Positions 1-10,132 of a stretch of 64,000 nucleotides of DNA are shown piece by piece; within the stretch, counting starts at the first letter, position 1; each line of letters opens with the position of its first letter. The notes beneath the pieces are model-generated. The model did not search any database. It saw only the letters and a program-made list of their open reading frames with translations, and had not been told where the DNA came from. The stretch is from an uncultured Chloroflexia bacterium (GTDB lineage Bacteria; Chloroflexota; Dehalococcoidia; GIF9; UBA5629), in assembly GCA_963842805.1 (NCBI GenBank), contig CAWJIA010000016.1, positions 83,075 to 147,074 on the forward strand, in the 5' to 3' direction. Position numbers and translations under genes: made by a program.

Positions 1-8
1 AATATAGC

Positions 9-1220
9 ATGTCAAAAACTATTGCTGTGATTGGAGCTTTTGACACCAAAGGGGAAGATTTTGCATTTGTTAAAGCAGAAATCGAGAAGCGCGGTCATAA
101 AGTGTTGCTCGTCAATGTTGGCGTTTTGGGCGAATCTCCTTTTAAAGTGGATATTTCATCCGAAAGGGTGGCCGAGGCTGGCGGCGTTTGCCTGAAGGAA
201 CTCCGTGAAACGCGAGAACGAGGCATGGCTATGCAAGTAATGACTAAAGGAGTTACCCATATAGTAATAAATCTATACCACCAGGGCAAGATTGATGGTG
301 TTTTCGCCATGGGTGGTTCTGCTGGGACAGCTCTTGGCACCTCAGCTATGCGTGCCTTACCGATTGGCGTCCCCAAAGTCATGGTGAGTACGTTAGCCTC
401 TTTAGACACGAGAGCATATGTAGGAACTAAGGACATTGTACTGTTCCCCTCTGTAGTAGATGTGGCTGGGGTCAATAGTATCAGCGCTCGCATTTATGTT
501 AATGCTGTCGGTGCAGTCGTCGGCATGGTTGAGGCATCGCTACCGGAAATTAAGGATAAAGCGCTCATCGCTGCTTCTATGATTGGCAACACCACCGTCC
601 TTGTCAATTGCTGCAAGGTAATATTAGAAAGACATGGTTATGAGGTGCTGCTATTCCACGCTTCAGGTGCCGGCGGACAGACGATGGAGAGCCTTATAGA
701 AGAGGGCCGCATCAAGGGAGTGCTTGATGTTAGCTTATGGGAACTGGGCAATGAACTCATAGGTGGTATAATGTCAGCAGGACCAACACGGCTTGAGGCA
801 GCAAGTAGAAGAGGCGTGCCCCAGGTCATTGTTCCTGGTGGCCTGGATCTAGTAGGCTTCTGGGAATTGAATACTATACCCGCGAAATTCAGAGGCCGAC
901 TGTTTTACGAATGGAATCCCAATGTAACCTGTATGCGGAGTACACCTGAAGAAAATAAAAAACTAGGGCGCTACATTGCAAAGAAGGTTAACAAGTCCAC
1001 CGGGCCGGTGGCCTTGTTTTTGCCCCTTAAAGGACTGTCTACATTAGACGCTCCTGGCAAGCAATTTTGGTGGCCAGAAGCCGATGAAGCCCTGTTCGAT
1101 GCTATTAAGAAACATCTCCGTCCTGATATTCCAATCTATGAGATAGATAGCAACATTAATGATGAAGGCCTGGCGCAGGCTGTTGCTAGCAAACTGATAG
1201 AATTTCTGAATCCGAGCTAA
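9..1220 (+). CDS. UPF0261 (Tm-1-like N-terminal domain) family protein
   Basis: 403-aa ORF. N-terminus MSKTIAVIGAFDTKGEDFAFVKAEIEKRGHKVLLVNVG and overall pattern recalled as the UPF0261 family. Function unknown. Confidence 0.55.
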   Translation: MSKTIAVIGAFDTKGEDFAFVKAEIEKRGHKVLLVNVGVLGESPFKVDISSERVAEAGGVCLKELRETRERGMAMQVMTKGVTHIVINLYHQGKIDGVFAMGGSAGTALGTSAMRALPIGVPKVMVSTLASLDTRAYVGTKDIVLFPSVVDVAGVNSISARIYVNAVGAVVGMVEASLPEIKDKALIAASMIGNTTVLVNCCKVILERHGYEVLLFHASGAGGQTMESLIEEGRIKGVLDVSLWELGNELIGGIMSAGPTRLEAASRRGVPQVIVPGGLDLVGFWELNTIPAKFRGRLFYEWNPNVTCMRSTPEENKKLGRYIAKKVNKSTGPVALFLPLKGLSTLDAPGKQFWWPEADEALFDAIKKHLRPDIPIYEIDSNINDEGLAQAVASKLIEFLNPS

Positions 1221-1553
1221 AGCAATAAAACTCGGCCTCTATCAAGAAACATAATGAAAAAAAATAAAAAATCAATTGTTAAGCATATTCCCTTTGAACG
1301 GCTAAAGCTTTGGTTAGCTGACCTGGCTTTATCACGGGGCAAAATACTATCGGCTTACCAATTGTGCCTGGATAATCACCTGCGATAGTATACCAGTTCG
1401 GTTAGCTAGTACACAGTAGGCACAAAAAGAAGGGCCATAAATCATATCTTGTATTCAATTGATGTGGCAGGTGTTCCTTCTTATCACCCATAAATAATCT
1501 CTTCATGAGAGTTTATTGTTATAGGTATGAGCTGTACTATGCCATTTCTTAGA

Positions 1554-3179
1554 TTAAACCGCCCGCTGTATGCTATTATAAGGACACACTTGAGAGCATA
1601 CTTGACAACCAATACAACGATTCTCATCTACGCGCGGCGATAGCCTATCATTGTTTTCGCACGGTAATATTGCAGCACAATCGATTACCTCTAAACATCT
1701 ATTACATACGCTGCATCCCAAGCACCTTTTTGCCTCCTGTATGGCTTGGTCCAGCGTGAATCCCAAATTCACTTCTTTGAAGCTGTGGACTCTGAGCCTT
1801 GTTGGTAGTACTCGTGCTCTTTGGCGCTCCCTAGGGATTATGACCTCAGGTAGCATCCTAGGTCTTCTCATGACACGAACTGCAGCTTCTTCTTTCAGAT
1901 TCTCGCTCTTGAGATACCTAGAGATTGATGCCGCAGCTTTCTTCCCAGCTGCCATAGCCTCAATAGCTGTTCTGGGCCCGGTTTGAACGTCTCCCCCAGC
2001 AAAAACGCCGTCTCTAGTTGTAGCTAAGGTTGAAGGGTCGACAATTATATTTCCATGTTTATCGATTTCTACACCGGTAGCTTTGGTTAAGAAAGATAAA
2101 TCGGTAGTTTGACCAATTGCCACAATCACCGTATCAGCATCCAGATTAAACTCAGAATTTGGTATCGGTATCGGTTGTCTTCTGCCGGATGCGTCATGCG
2201 CTCCCAACTGCATGCGTGCACATCTCACTGCTGTGACTCTTCCATTAATAGCATGGATTTCAGAAGGGGCCACTAAACACTCTATTTTAACCCCTTCGCT
2301 CTCTGCCGCTTCAATTTCTGTGTCGGTCGCTGGCATTTCTTCTATTGATCTTCTATAAAGAATAGATACATCGGAATCCAATCTCACTGCACAGCGTGCA
2401 GCATCCATAGCCGCATTTCCACCCCCAATTATGGCAACCTTTCTTCCGAGTCTTACTTCTTTACCCAAATTAAGTTCACGTAAGAAATCGATACCATAGA
2501 AAACACCGCGGGAAGCTTCTCCAGGGATGCCTAATGTCTTACTACTATGGGCGCCCGTGGCGAGAAAAACAGCTTTGTAATGCCTGCGAAATAGGTCATC
2601 GATGGTCAACTCCCTGTTTATCGGGGTATTGGTCCTTATTTCAATTCCAAGTCGTACAATGCGATCAATTTCTCTTCTAAGAACTTCTTTTGGTAATCGG
2701 TATTCGGGGATTCCCGCGTACAACATGCCGCCTACAAACGGGAATGCTTCAAAAATGGTCACCTTGTAACCTAATTTACTTAAATAGTACGCACAGGAGA
2801 GTCCCGCCGGCCCCGAACCCACTATTGCTATCTTTTCACCATCTAGCCTTCTATCTGTAGTCGGCATTTCAAGAATATTATTTCCGTAGTCGACTGCCGC
2901 CCGCTTGAGATCTAAAATGGCAATTTGTTCATCTACCTCACCCCTCCTACACTTGCCCTCGCAGGGAGCATAACAAATACGGGCACAGACTGAGGGCAAT
3001 GGGCACTCACGCATGATTAGGTTAAGAGCTGCACTAAAATTGCCACGTGCAATGGCGCTAATATATTCTTGAACGTCTATTCCCAAGGGGCAAACCGATT
3101 TGCATGGCGCAACATCTATGCTCCAAGATAAACATCTATCCGTCTCAATCTTTACTATTGGTCCTAATAGTGTCCTCAT
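1554..3179 (-). CDS. GltD-family NAD(P)H-dependent FAD oxidoreductase with N- and C-terminal [4Fe-4S] domains (SudA/NfnB-like electron-transfer subunit)
   Basis: Dinucleotide-binding motif IAIVGSGPAGLSCAYYL and a second one VAIIGGGNAAMDAARCA. Cys clusters occur at both ends (CIGCQVCSQVCP at the C-terminus). The likely start is ATG at 3177-3179 (MRTLLG), with a GAGAGGG SD-like sequence upstream. The track ORF extends to 3218. Confidence 0.7.
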   Translation of the reverse strand: MRTLLGPIVKIETDRCLSWSIDVAPCKSVCPLGIDVQEYISAIARGNFSAALNLIMRECPLPSVCARICYAPCEGKCRRGEVDEQIAILDLKRAAVDYGNNILEMPTTDRRLDGEKIAIVGSGPAGLSCAYYLSKLGYKVTIFEAFPFVGGMLYAGIPEYRLPKEVLRREIDRIVRLGIEIRTNTPINRELTIDDLFRRHYKAVFLATGAHSSKTLGIPGEASRGVFYGIDFLRELNLGKEVRLGRKVAIIGGGNAAMDAARCAVRLDSDVSILYRRSIEEMPATDTEIEAAESEGVKIECLVAPSEIHAINGRVTAVRCARMQLGAHDASGRRQPIPIPNSEFNLDADTVIVAIGQTTDLSFLTKATGVEIDKHGNIIVDPSTLATTRDGVFAGGDVQTGPRTAIEAMAAGKKAAASISRYLKSENLKEEAAVRVMRRPRMLPEVIIPRERQRARVLPTRLRVHSFKEVNLGFTLDQAIQEAKRCLGCSVCNRCLEVIDCAAILPCENNDRLSPRVDENRCIGCQVCSQVCPYNSIQRAV

Positions 3180-3180
3180 A

Positions 3181-3453
3181 TTAGTTACCCTCTCTTTCAT
3201 CAGGTTCCCTCCTGGCATATAGTAAGTTTATTCTCCCCAGCTCAGCTATTTCACCGCCGCTCACAAGAGGTGTTAGAGGCTGCTTCATTGCCTTATCGGC
3301 ACAGCGAAAACACCGCGTGGCGCATGGACATGAGTCTGTATATGGGCAATTGATATTGCAAATATAACATAGGCTTTGGCAGATTCGGCTGCCTACGGAC
3401 TGGAATTGCCAGACCAAAAATTTCGGACTACCACTATTTCTAAAGTCTCGCAT
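3181..3453 (-). CDS. small Cys-rich protein (8 Cys; possible metal/Fe-S binding partner)
   Basis: 90-aa ORF whose TAA stop (3181-3183) lies 1 nt before the proposed GltD-like start, a translational-coupling-like layout. Cys pattern CQSLCYICNINCPYTDSCPCATRCFRC. No family recognised. Confidence 0.35.
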   Translation of the reverse strand: MRDFRNSGSPKFLVWQFQSVGSRICQSLCYICNINCPYTDSCPCATRCFRCADKAMKQPLTPLVSGGEIAELGRINLLYARREPDEREGN

Positions 3454-3533
3454 GTTAACTTTCGTTACTCAAGATTTGTCTCATTCTATGATGAGTACAG
3501 CAGTGACAAATATTAGTCCGTTACATCCTTTCT

Positions 3534-4781
3534 CTACTTAGGCAAGTAAAAATTCCTTCTAGAAGGAGCTGCGGTGCGAAAATATTCGGGCATATATCGT
3601 TCCTGCCCCACATTCCTGTTAACCTCACACCGTAGCCCTAATCCATGCCTTGTACGTCGCAAGCAGGCAAGACATCTGATACACTCTCTAATCCCCATCC
3701 CCTGAGCGTTGGCGACCTTATTCACCCACTCCGGATCCGCTATAAGTGGACGACATAGTGAAACCATGTCGGTTTTTCCTTCTCTTATTGCGTTTTCCAC
3801 ATTCAAGGGATCATGTATTGCCGGTGTTATTATAGGTATCTTTACAGTTCTTTTCATTGCTTCAGCCTGCGGAAGCATAGTTCCATCCTCTTCGGGAAGG
3901 TACCACTTGACTGCTTCCCAGCAACCAGCTGTTAAATGTATATAGTTTAGACCTAATTCCTCACCTATCTTGGCTATACTAGCGCTTTCGCCTATACTTA
4001 GCCCCCCTGGCATATTCTCGTCGCCAGTTAAGCGAACGCCGATAACAAAGTCAATGCCTACTAGCGATCTCGACTTTTGGATTACATTACGAAAAAATCT
4101 AGTTCTGTTATCAAAGCTACCACCATATTTGTCAGTGCGAATATTGGTACGAGGGGACAAGAAATTGTCTCCAAGATACCCGTGGGCAAAATGGAGCTCG
4201 GCACCATCGAATCCACACTCCTTCGCCAATTGTATCCCCTTAGCGTAAGCACTCTCAATCCATTCAATTTCTTCTATTGTCAGTTCTTCAGGTACCGGGC
4301 AATTGGTGTACATCTCCCAGAGGCAGGATAATCCCCTGCGAGCCTCGTACTCTATCTCACCTTTGGGTATATTATCTTTGGGAATGCCCACGACTGGCAC
4401 CGGAGAAGGAGCTTTGCTTTTTGCCCCCTTACTCTGGCGTCCGGACCCGCCTGCAAACACTTGGATAAACAATTTGGCGCCGAAAGCGTGAACGGTTTCC
4501 ACCAGTTCATTCCACGCTGGTAGGTCTGTTTTATTCGAAAGTGAGGGCACAAGGACATGCAGCGGAGTACCAGGCATTAGATATCCCCCCGGACCTGATA
4601 TGACAAGGCCTGCACCTCCTTTTGCACGTGCAGCAAGAAATGCGATATGTTCTTCGGTAATATGACCATCTTGTGAAAAATTATTGGTAACTGGTGCCAT
4701 GACCAATCTGTTCTTTATCTCAACGTTACCAATCTTGATGGGTTTGAACATCTCAGTGAATTTATTAGATTCATCCACCAT
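3534..4781 (-). CDS. Old Yellow Enzyme family NADH:flavin oxidoreductase (ene-reductase / 2,4-dienoyl-CoA reductase-like FMN domain)
   Basis: N-terminus FKPIKIGNVEIKNRLVMAPV is typical of OYE. The TIM-barrel FMN-domain pattern is present, and a C-terminal Cys cluster RECIRCLACLRR follows. Confidence 0.8.
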   Translation of the reverse strand: MVDESNKFTEMFKPIKIGNVEIKNRLVMAPVTNNFSQDGHITEEHIAFLAARAKGGAGLVISGPGGYLMPGTPLHVLVPSLSNKTDLPAWNELVETVHAFGAKLFIQVFAGGSGRQSKGAKSKAPSPVPVVGIPKDNIPKGEIEYEARRGLSCLWEMYTNCPVPEELTIEEIEWIESAYAKGIQLAKECGFDGAELHFAHGYLGDNFLSPRTNIRTDKYGGSFDNRTRFFRNVIQKSRSLVGIDFVIGVRLTGDENMPGGLSIGESASIAKIGEELGLNYIHLTAGCWEAVKWYLPEEDGTMLPQAEAMKRTVKIPIITPAIHDPLNVENAIREGKTDMVSLCRPLIADPEWVNKVANAQGMGIRECIRCLACLRRTRHGLGLRCEVNRNVGQERYMPEYFRTAAPSRRNFYLPK

Positions 4782-5007
4782 TTTGCCTCCAAATAATCTA
4801 CGCAGATCTGGCGATCATCTCCTCTATGAACTACTTATAATCAAATATTTGGTAATGCTGTTATTAACAGACCTACTGGTAACAGATAGGTTGGCTGTGG
4901 CAACCGCGGGGAGAACTGTGATCCAGTATTTAAGCGTAGTGTTAATCTGGCTCTAACGCGCACCGTACGACTTCAAAGCACGGCTCTGTATGTTGTCACC
5001 ATCTGCC

Positions 5008-5661
5008 CTATTGCTCAGCCAGTGTTTGCAACATCATATGTATGAAAGCTAAAACGTCATCTTGTCTACTACTTGCTCTGAGTCCAATCTGCCTGCTTAG
5101 CCTATTGTACTCATCCATTCTTTGTGCCTCGTTTAGGGTTAGCAATTCCTTGCCTTTGATATCATTGTTGCCCAGTGCCTTTTTTAGTCGACCCAGTAAC
5201 TCTGTCATAAGCTCAGTACCAACATTCTCGAGCTTATATTCATGTTCCGCTCTGTCTCCTTCAGCTCGTATATTCCCCTCATTCAATCTATATGTTTTTG
5301 TTTGGACGCCATCCGTCACTGATACCTTCGATATCTCTACTGGTAAGCGACCAATCAACTTGACCGCTGGATAAGGGCCTGAACGAGCAATCACGAGCCT
5401 ACCAATATCTTCAGTCCTACGAAGCACATAATACTTAGACAGTTCGACACATTCCTGTTCAAGACCCATTACCTCGCTCCAGCCATCCTTCCACTCCAGT
5501 AAGAGATATTTTTGTGGCGCTGGCGTCACCGCTGAGTCTGGCAACCCGGCCAACTTGGAAAGTTCGGTTTGTAAACTGCTACTCAATTTGGAGAATTCAA
5601 TCTCTCTCTTGGACCCGTCACCAAATTCAACGATCAGTTGCTGTGGTTTACTTTTCGACAC
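5008..5661 (-). CDS. hypothetical protein (operon partner of UbiD/HAD-like genes)
   Basis: 217-aa ORF with no recognised motif. Its start lies 1 nt after the stop of the upstream HAD-like gene. Confidence 0.45.
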   Translation of the reverse strand: MSKSKPQQLIVEFGDGSKREIEFSKLSSSLQTELSKLAGLPDSAVTPAPQKYLLLEWKDGWSEVMGLEQECVELSKYYVLRRTEDIGRLVIARSGPYPAVKLIGRLPVEISKVSVTDGVQTKTYRLNEGNIRAEGDRAEHEYKLENVGTELMTELLGRLKKALGNNDIKGKELLTLNEAQRMDEYNRLSRQIGLRASSRQDDVLAFIHMMLQTLAEQ

Positions 5662-5662
5662 T

Positions 5663-6433
5663 TCATTTCCCCTTTACAATATCTTTAAGTTGAGAGAAAC
5701 TAGATATGACATAGTCAGCTTTTGACGGGCCCCAGTCAAAATAACCGGTATACTGAATTGTCTTGAACCCCCGCTGCCGTGGTGGTTCAATGTCTGTCAT
5801 GATCTTATCCCCTACCATTACTGCCTCCGAAGGCTCAATTCCCTGGCTGCTCAAATCCTCAACCAGTAAGTCATATAGCTCCCCTGATTCCTTAAATCGA
5901 CCTTTGTATCTCGCATCAACCGAGCCATCTCTCAAATCAACTTTACCCTGAGGCGTAATTAACTTACTAAAGTACTTTATGAGTTTTTTCCTTTGCAGAA
6001 ACATTGTCACGACATCTGTACCAATTGGCCCGAGCGTCTTCTTCATCTCAGCAACGATACAAACAGTAATACCTTCATCAAGGAGGTATTGAAGCGTTTC
6101 TTCAGCGCCTTCCGCTGGCTTCAGAAGTTGCTGCTCTTTTTGCAGGAAAAGATTCATCGCTTCCTGATCATTGTCAAATACATAACTCAAGATTTCGTCT
6201 TTATGCCCTTCCTTAACGTTCGAGTAAGTTCCATATTTCTCTTTCAAATTGTGATACTTCTCGATCGTCTCATCAATAAGTTCAGGTTTGCCAATCTCTT
6301 TGCAAATGTCTCCAAACATCAACGGATTTCGTAGTCCTCGGGGGTCCATGAGACATTGCCCGAAATCTATCCCGCACCATTTCACCGTAATTCCCATTGT
6401 GCAAACCTCCCAATTGTTTATAAGATACGCCAC
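5663..6433 (-). CDS. HAD-like hydrolase superfamily protein (phosphatase-family subunit?)
   Basis: C-terminal VMVGDKIMTDIEPPRQRGFKTI fits HAD motif IV (GDxxxD). The N-terminal GIDFGQ is only a partial match to motif I. Confidence 0.5.
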   Translation of the reverse strand: MAYLINNWEVCTMGITVKWCGIDFGQCLMDPRGLRNPLMFGDICKEIGKPELIDETIEKYHNLKEKYGTYSNVKEGHKDEILSYVFDNDQEAMNLFLQKEQQLLKPAEGAEETLQYLLDEGITVCIVAEMKKTLGPIGTDVVTMFLQRKKLIKYFSKLITPQGKVDLRDGSVDARYKGRFKESGELYDLLVEDLSSQGIEPSEAVMVGDKIMTDIEPPRQRGFKTIQYTGYFDWGPSKADYVISSFSQLKDIVKGK

Positions 6434-6490
6434 GCTTCAAAGCTTCCATCAATTCAGTTTTTCACGAAATAAGTGAATCTCGTTAGAAAC

Positions 6491-7921
6491 TTATGCCAGG
6501 CTTTCTAACCCATATTCTTTCCATTCTTTTTGTATTTTCTCGACCAGCTTTGCATCGAGTCGAATCACTTCCGGTTTTTCCTGCCAGTGATAAGGAATAC
6601 AACCATCTACCAACAGCGTTGAGTTCAGCGCATATGGATACTTCAATTTAGGCTCTATTCCAGGATCGAGGTAGCTACCTCGGCGTCCTTTAAGTATCTC
6701 AACACTCCTATCCGGGTCAAATCTCTGAATCACCGACCACAAAACCTTGGTCCAATCATCCGGCTCAATGTCATCATCCACGGTGATAAATAGCTTATTT
6801 GCATAACTACCCATAGGGGTGGAAGCGGCTGCACTCAAAACTTGCTTTGAATGACCAGGGTACATTTGCTTCACAGAGATGATGAAAAATCTTTGACTCG
6901 CGGGATGCATAGCCACCGACTTAATTCCTGGTATGCCAGTATCCTTAAGTTCTTTCCATAGACGGCCACAACGACCGATTGCTGCCATAATGTGCGTATC
7001 TGTAATGGGTCGTCCTACAGTGCTGGCCAAATAAATAGGGCTGTTCCGGTGTAGAACCCGTTTTACTTCAAAAACAGGTTTATTGGTTGGCTTTCCCGAA
7101 TAATACCCCGTTGCCTCACCAAACGGTCCTTCTAGTTGCCAATTGGCTCTATCAGGGTCGATCTCCCCTTCAAGTACAATCTCTGCATCTGCCGGTATGG
7201 GAAGATCAGTCAAATCGCTAATCACGACTTCAATGGGAAAACCTGCAATTGCCCCAGCAATATCATATTCAGATACGCCAAAAGGGGCTTCAGTCCCAGA
7301 GACTGTAAAAAGCACGGGAGGGCCACCGAATACTGCTGCAACTGGCATTTTCTTTCCCTTCTGCGCCCATTTCTCCATGTGAACCCATCCGTGCTTTCCC
7401 GGCTGAATCATAAGTCCAACATGATTCTTATCCAAAAGCTGGCCTCGATAGGTTCCAAGATTTACCCAACCGGTATCGGGGTCTTTTGTTACCAGGCAGT
7501 AGTTCGTGCAGATGTATCTTCCTCCATCATCAGGATAGAATTTGGGAACCGGGAATTTGAGTAAGTCGATGTTGTCTCCTTCAATTATATTCTCAAATAC
7601 AGGGCCCTTTCCCACCTTCTTTGGAGGCACACCCTGTCTGCTTATTAAGTCGACCCATTTCGTAGTTATCTCATGTAGCGAAGATGAAGGCGGCATATCG
7701 AATTCACGGGCAAAACGCCCAAGGGTACCGTACTGGCTGGTTAAAACGGGAATATCACAATCTTTGACATTTTCAAATAGGAGAGCGGGACCACCCTTTT
7801 CCTCAGTAAGTTTCGCAACGTGAATCAGTTCAAGATTCCAATCAACTTGCCTTTTGATTCGTATCAGGTCTTTATTCTTCTCCAGCTTGCTTATAAACTC
7901 TCTCGTATCCTTCGATGCCAT
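6491..7921 (-). CDS. UbiD-family (prFMN-dependent) reversible decarboxylase/carboxylase
   Basis: 476-aa ORF. The N-terminus MASKDTREFISKLEKNKDLIRIKRQVDWNLELIHVAKL and overall profile are typical of the UbiD family, including phenylphosphate carboxylase subunits. Confidence 0.85.
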   Translation of the reverse strand: MASKDTREFISKLEKNKDLIRIKRQVDWNLELIHVAKLTEEKGGPALLFENVKDCDIPVLTSQYGTLGRFAREFDMPPSSSLHEITTKWVDLISRQGVPPKKVGKGPVFENIIEGDNIDLLKFPVPKFYPDDGGRYICTNYCLVTKDPDTGWVNLGTYRGQLLDKNHVGLMIQPGKHGWVHMEKWAQKGKKMPVAAVFGGPPVLFTVSGTEAPFGVSEYDIAGAIAGFPIEVVISDLTDLPIPADAEIVLEGEIDPDRANWQLEGPFGEATGYYSGKPTNKPVFEVKRVLHRNSPIYLASTVGRPITDTHIMAAIGRCGRLWKELKDTGIPGIKSVAMHPASQRFFIISVKQMYPGHSKQVLSAAASTPMGSYANKLFITVDDDIEPDDWTKVLWSVIQRFDPDRSVEILKGRRGSYLDPGIEPKLKYPYALNSTLLVDGCIPYHWQEKPEVIRLDAKLVEKIQKEWKEYGLESLA

Positions 7922-8360
7922 GCTTAAGCCTCCTTCTTGTTATCGTACCTTTCATAGTAAAAGTGCCGCCAACGCTTCGACCAATGTCAAGATCAATTGC
8001 AGTCTCACAAAATGAGGACACGCTATCTAGGTACTTATCCTACAAACACAAGTGCAGAGACATTATTTCGAATCTCTGCCATGGTGCTTCTTAGGTAGCA
8101 TTTCTAAGATATAGTTCTCCAGTTTCTTTTTTTGGGGAGGCTTCTTTTTCTTAGTCTTGGGTTCCTCTTCTGTTTCCATCCTGAATCTGTACTTTTTATT
8201 GTCTTTTGATTCCATGCTTGCACCCCTCTAGTTTATTCTTGATAATCCAAGATGCCACTCAATTGATCACACAATAACGATAAAGACAAAAACGTCCAAT
8301 TAGGACTTAGCAACATCACAAAGATCATGATAGCGATTTATCATCTATGTAAGCGATTTA

Positions 8361-9389
8361 TCATCTGATCCAGAATGTGTTCACTAACATTCTTTTTTTG
8401 ACGATGACGGTCACTGGGCGGGCCTGGACTAAAAAAACACTTTCGGGAAATAATAAATCCGAGTCCACTGCCCACTCTATATCAATGGGTAGCCCGTACT
8501 GCAATTCAACAAATCTCGCAAATTCGGCTATCTTGGTCGCCTCTTCATCGCCAATACAGGCAAGGCCCTGTTTCTCCAATGGAACATCCTCCTCTTCTGT
8601 TCCAGTAGTCTTGAAGGAATACTGTCTTAACTTGGTACTAATTTCCTTGTCCTCTAGGGTCAATGTCTTCTTATCTACAACAAAGATATCGGGACTTACA
8701 ACGCCCTGAACCACGCTCTCGCCAACACCCCAATTGCCCTCGAGAATGATTCTTGTGTCATCGCCAGTCACCGGGTGAATCGTGAAGCCAACGCCGGCAG
8801 CTCGAGAATTTACCATTTTTTGCACTAACGCTGATATTGAGCCTCCTAAAACCCCTAGCTTGTTTTGTATTCGATAGGATATGCACCGCGTATTGAATGC
8901 GCTGCTCCAACATAGCCTTACGTTTTCCAAAAGGTCTTCTTCGCCTCTTACGTTAAGGTAGGAGTCATACTGGCCCGCAAAGCTTGCTGTCGGCATATCC
9001 TCGGCTACGCCACTAGACCTCACCGCAACTGGAAGGTTGACAATACCGCAACTTTGGCACAAGCCTTCATATTCATGGCATATGGCTTTTTGTAACGCCT
9101 TTGGTATTTCTCTGGAAATAATTATGCCGCGTATAGCTTGGCTCACCTCACCCATCTCAGCCAAATCTTTAGGTCCTTCGGGGAACTCATGCAGATATAG
9201 ATTTATCTCCTCACCCGCGCCCGTTTCATCTAGAAAGAAATCATAAGCTTCAGTTGTGACTGCAAAGCCTGGGGGTACACGCACCCCTAGCTTGATCATC
9301 TCTCCCAAATTTGCACATTTACCTCCAACCAATCGAGTATCAGTCTTGCAGACATTGTCTAGCAATGCCACCCATTTTTTTTCTGCCAT
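8361..9389 (-). CDS. PEP-synthase N-terminal-like ATP-binding (ATP-grasp, PPDK_N) domain protein; phenylphosphate synthase beta-subunit-like
   Basis: WVALLDNVCKTDTRLVGGKCANLGEMIKLGVRVPPGFAVTTEAYDFF matches the start of PEP synthase / pyruvate,water dikinase. At 342 aa it is only the nucleotide-binding half. Confidence 0.75.
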   Translation of the reverse strand: MAEKKWVALLDNVCKTDTRLVGGKCANLGEMIKLGVRVPPGFAVTTEAYDFFLDETGAGEEINLYLHEFPEGPKDLAEMGEVSQAIRGIIISREIPKALQKAICHEYEGLCQSCGIVNLPVAVRSSGVAEDMPTASFAGQYDSYLNVRGEEDLLENVRLCWSSAFNTRCISYRIQNKLGVLGGSISALVQKMVNSRAAGVGFTIHPVTGDDTRIILEGNWGVGESVVQGVVSPDIFVVDKKTLTLEDKEISTKLRQYSFKTTGTEEEDVPLEKQGLACIGDEEATKIAEFARFVELQYGLPIDIEWAVDSDLLFPESVFLVQARPVTVIVKKRMLVNTFWIR

Positions 9390-9529
9390 TATTATTACCC
9401 CTCCTTCTGGGATCCTGCTTTACGTAATACCAAACGCATTTTCATGACTATTTCGGGTAAGCCCTCTAGTTTTCAACACCCATAATTCAATTTAGACTTC
9501 TGTCTCTTCAACTCCTCTTTGCCTTCTTC

Positions 9530-9662
9530 AGTTTTACAGAATAGTGCACAAGTACATCGTTGTAAATCACCCAGAGGCGCTATTTGCGCAAGACCAAGGG
9601 CTAGCGTGGAATAGCTCTAATGTATTACTGGCTCCCATATTGCTACTCCATATTTCTTAGCC
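9530..9662 (-). promoter_or_regulatory. repeat element copy 1: putative sigma70 promoter plus activator palindrome
   Basis: On the minus strand: -35 TTTACA (plus 9561-9566), 17-nt spacer, -10 TATTCT (plus 9538-9543). Palindrome GCGCTATTTGCGC / TTGCGCAA at 9577-9591. It lies upstream of the gene 8361-9389. Near-identical copies occur at 19092 and 24545. Confidence 0.6.
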
Positions 9663-9983
9663 GCCTTTCAAGGCTTTAAAAAGATTGTCCAATGTAGCTG
9701 AGAGCCTTGCAGTACGTGAGTAAATTACCATGCTATCGGCTTTCCAGTTGATGGCAACAACGGTGACATCACCATCAGCACGTTCCAGGAATGGCAATGG
9801 AACCGCGGCATCAATCCGTTTAGCATCAATGATAATAACAGCTGGCTTAAGTTTGGTAGCAAGGCGAACTCCGCTTGATGTATTGGTAGCTGTGGTCACA
9901 GTCATTGATGTCGCCTGTTGGACGATTAACCTCAGCCCATCCCTCTGTAATGGCTGGTTTGATATAACTAGTGCTAATTGCAA
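9657..9983 (-). CDS. stand-alone degenerate response-regulator receiver-like domain protein
   Basis: LALVISNQPLQRDGLRLIV aligns to the NarL-type receiver N-terminus (IVDDHPLVREGLRLL) with DD replaced by SN. KPAVIIID retains the phospho-acceptor Asp position. A 5'-deleted paralog fragment is at 19196-19390. Confidence 0.45.
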   Translation of the reverse strand: MQLALVISNQPLQRDGLRLIVQQATSMTVTTATNTSSGVRLATKLKPAVIIIDAKRIDAAVPLPFLERADGDVTVVAINWKADSMVIYSRTARLSATLDNLFKALKGG

Positions 9984-10132
9984 AACACGCCACCCTCCTA
10001 ATAATCCAGACCTAGCGCATTAGATGATTTGCCAACAGGGCATACGTCAACCGTAGTATTTTCTCCGCACGTCAGCTCTTATTTCTATCACTGACCTTTT
10101 GCTATCTTCTTGCATTGCTATCGCACTCTTAG

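Noticed and set aside
9571-9591. Sigma-54 (-24/-12) promoter reading of GGCGCTATTTGCGC on the plus strand
   Set aside because: Spacing and bases do not fit TGGCAC-N5-TTGCW (the -12 element would be GCGC). The motif is also on the non-coding strand relative to the downstream genes.
9535-9665. Possibility that the 135-bp repeat is a structured ncRNA/riboswitch or a MITE
   Set aside because: Conservation is concentrated in -35/-10-like hexamers at fixed spacing plus a palindrome upstream of them. The transcribed leader downstream is not conserved between copies. No terminal inverted repeats or target-site duplications are visible. A promoter/operator reading therefore fits better, though an RNA role is not excluded.
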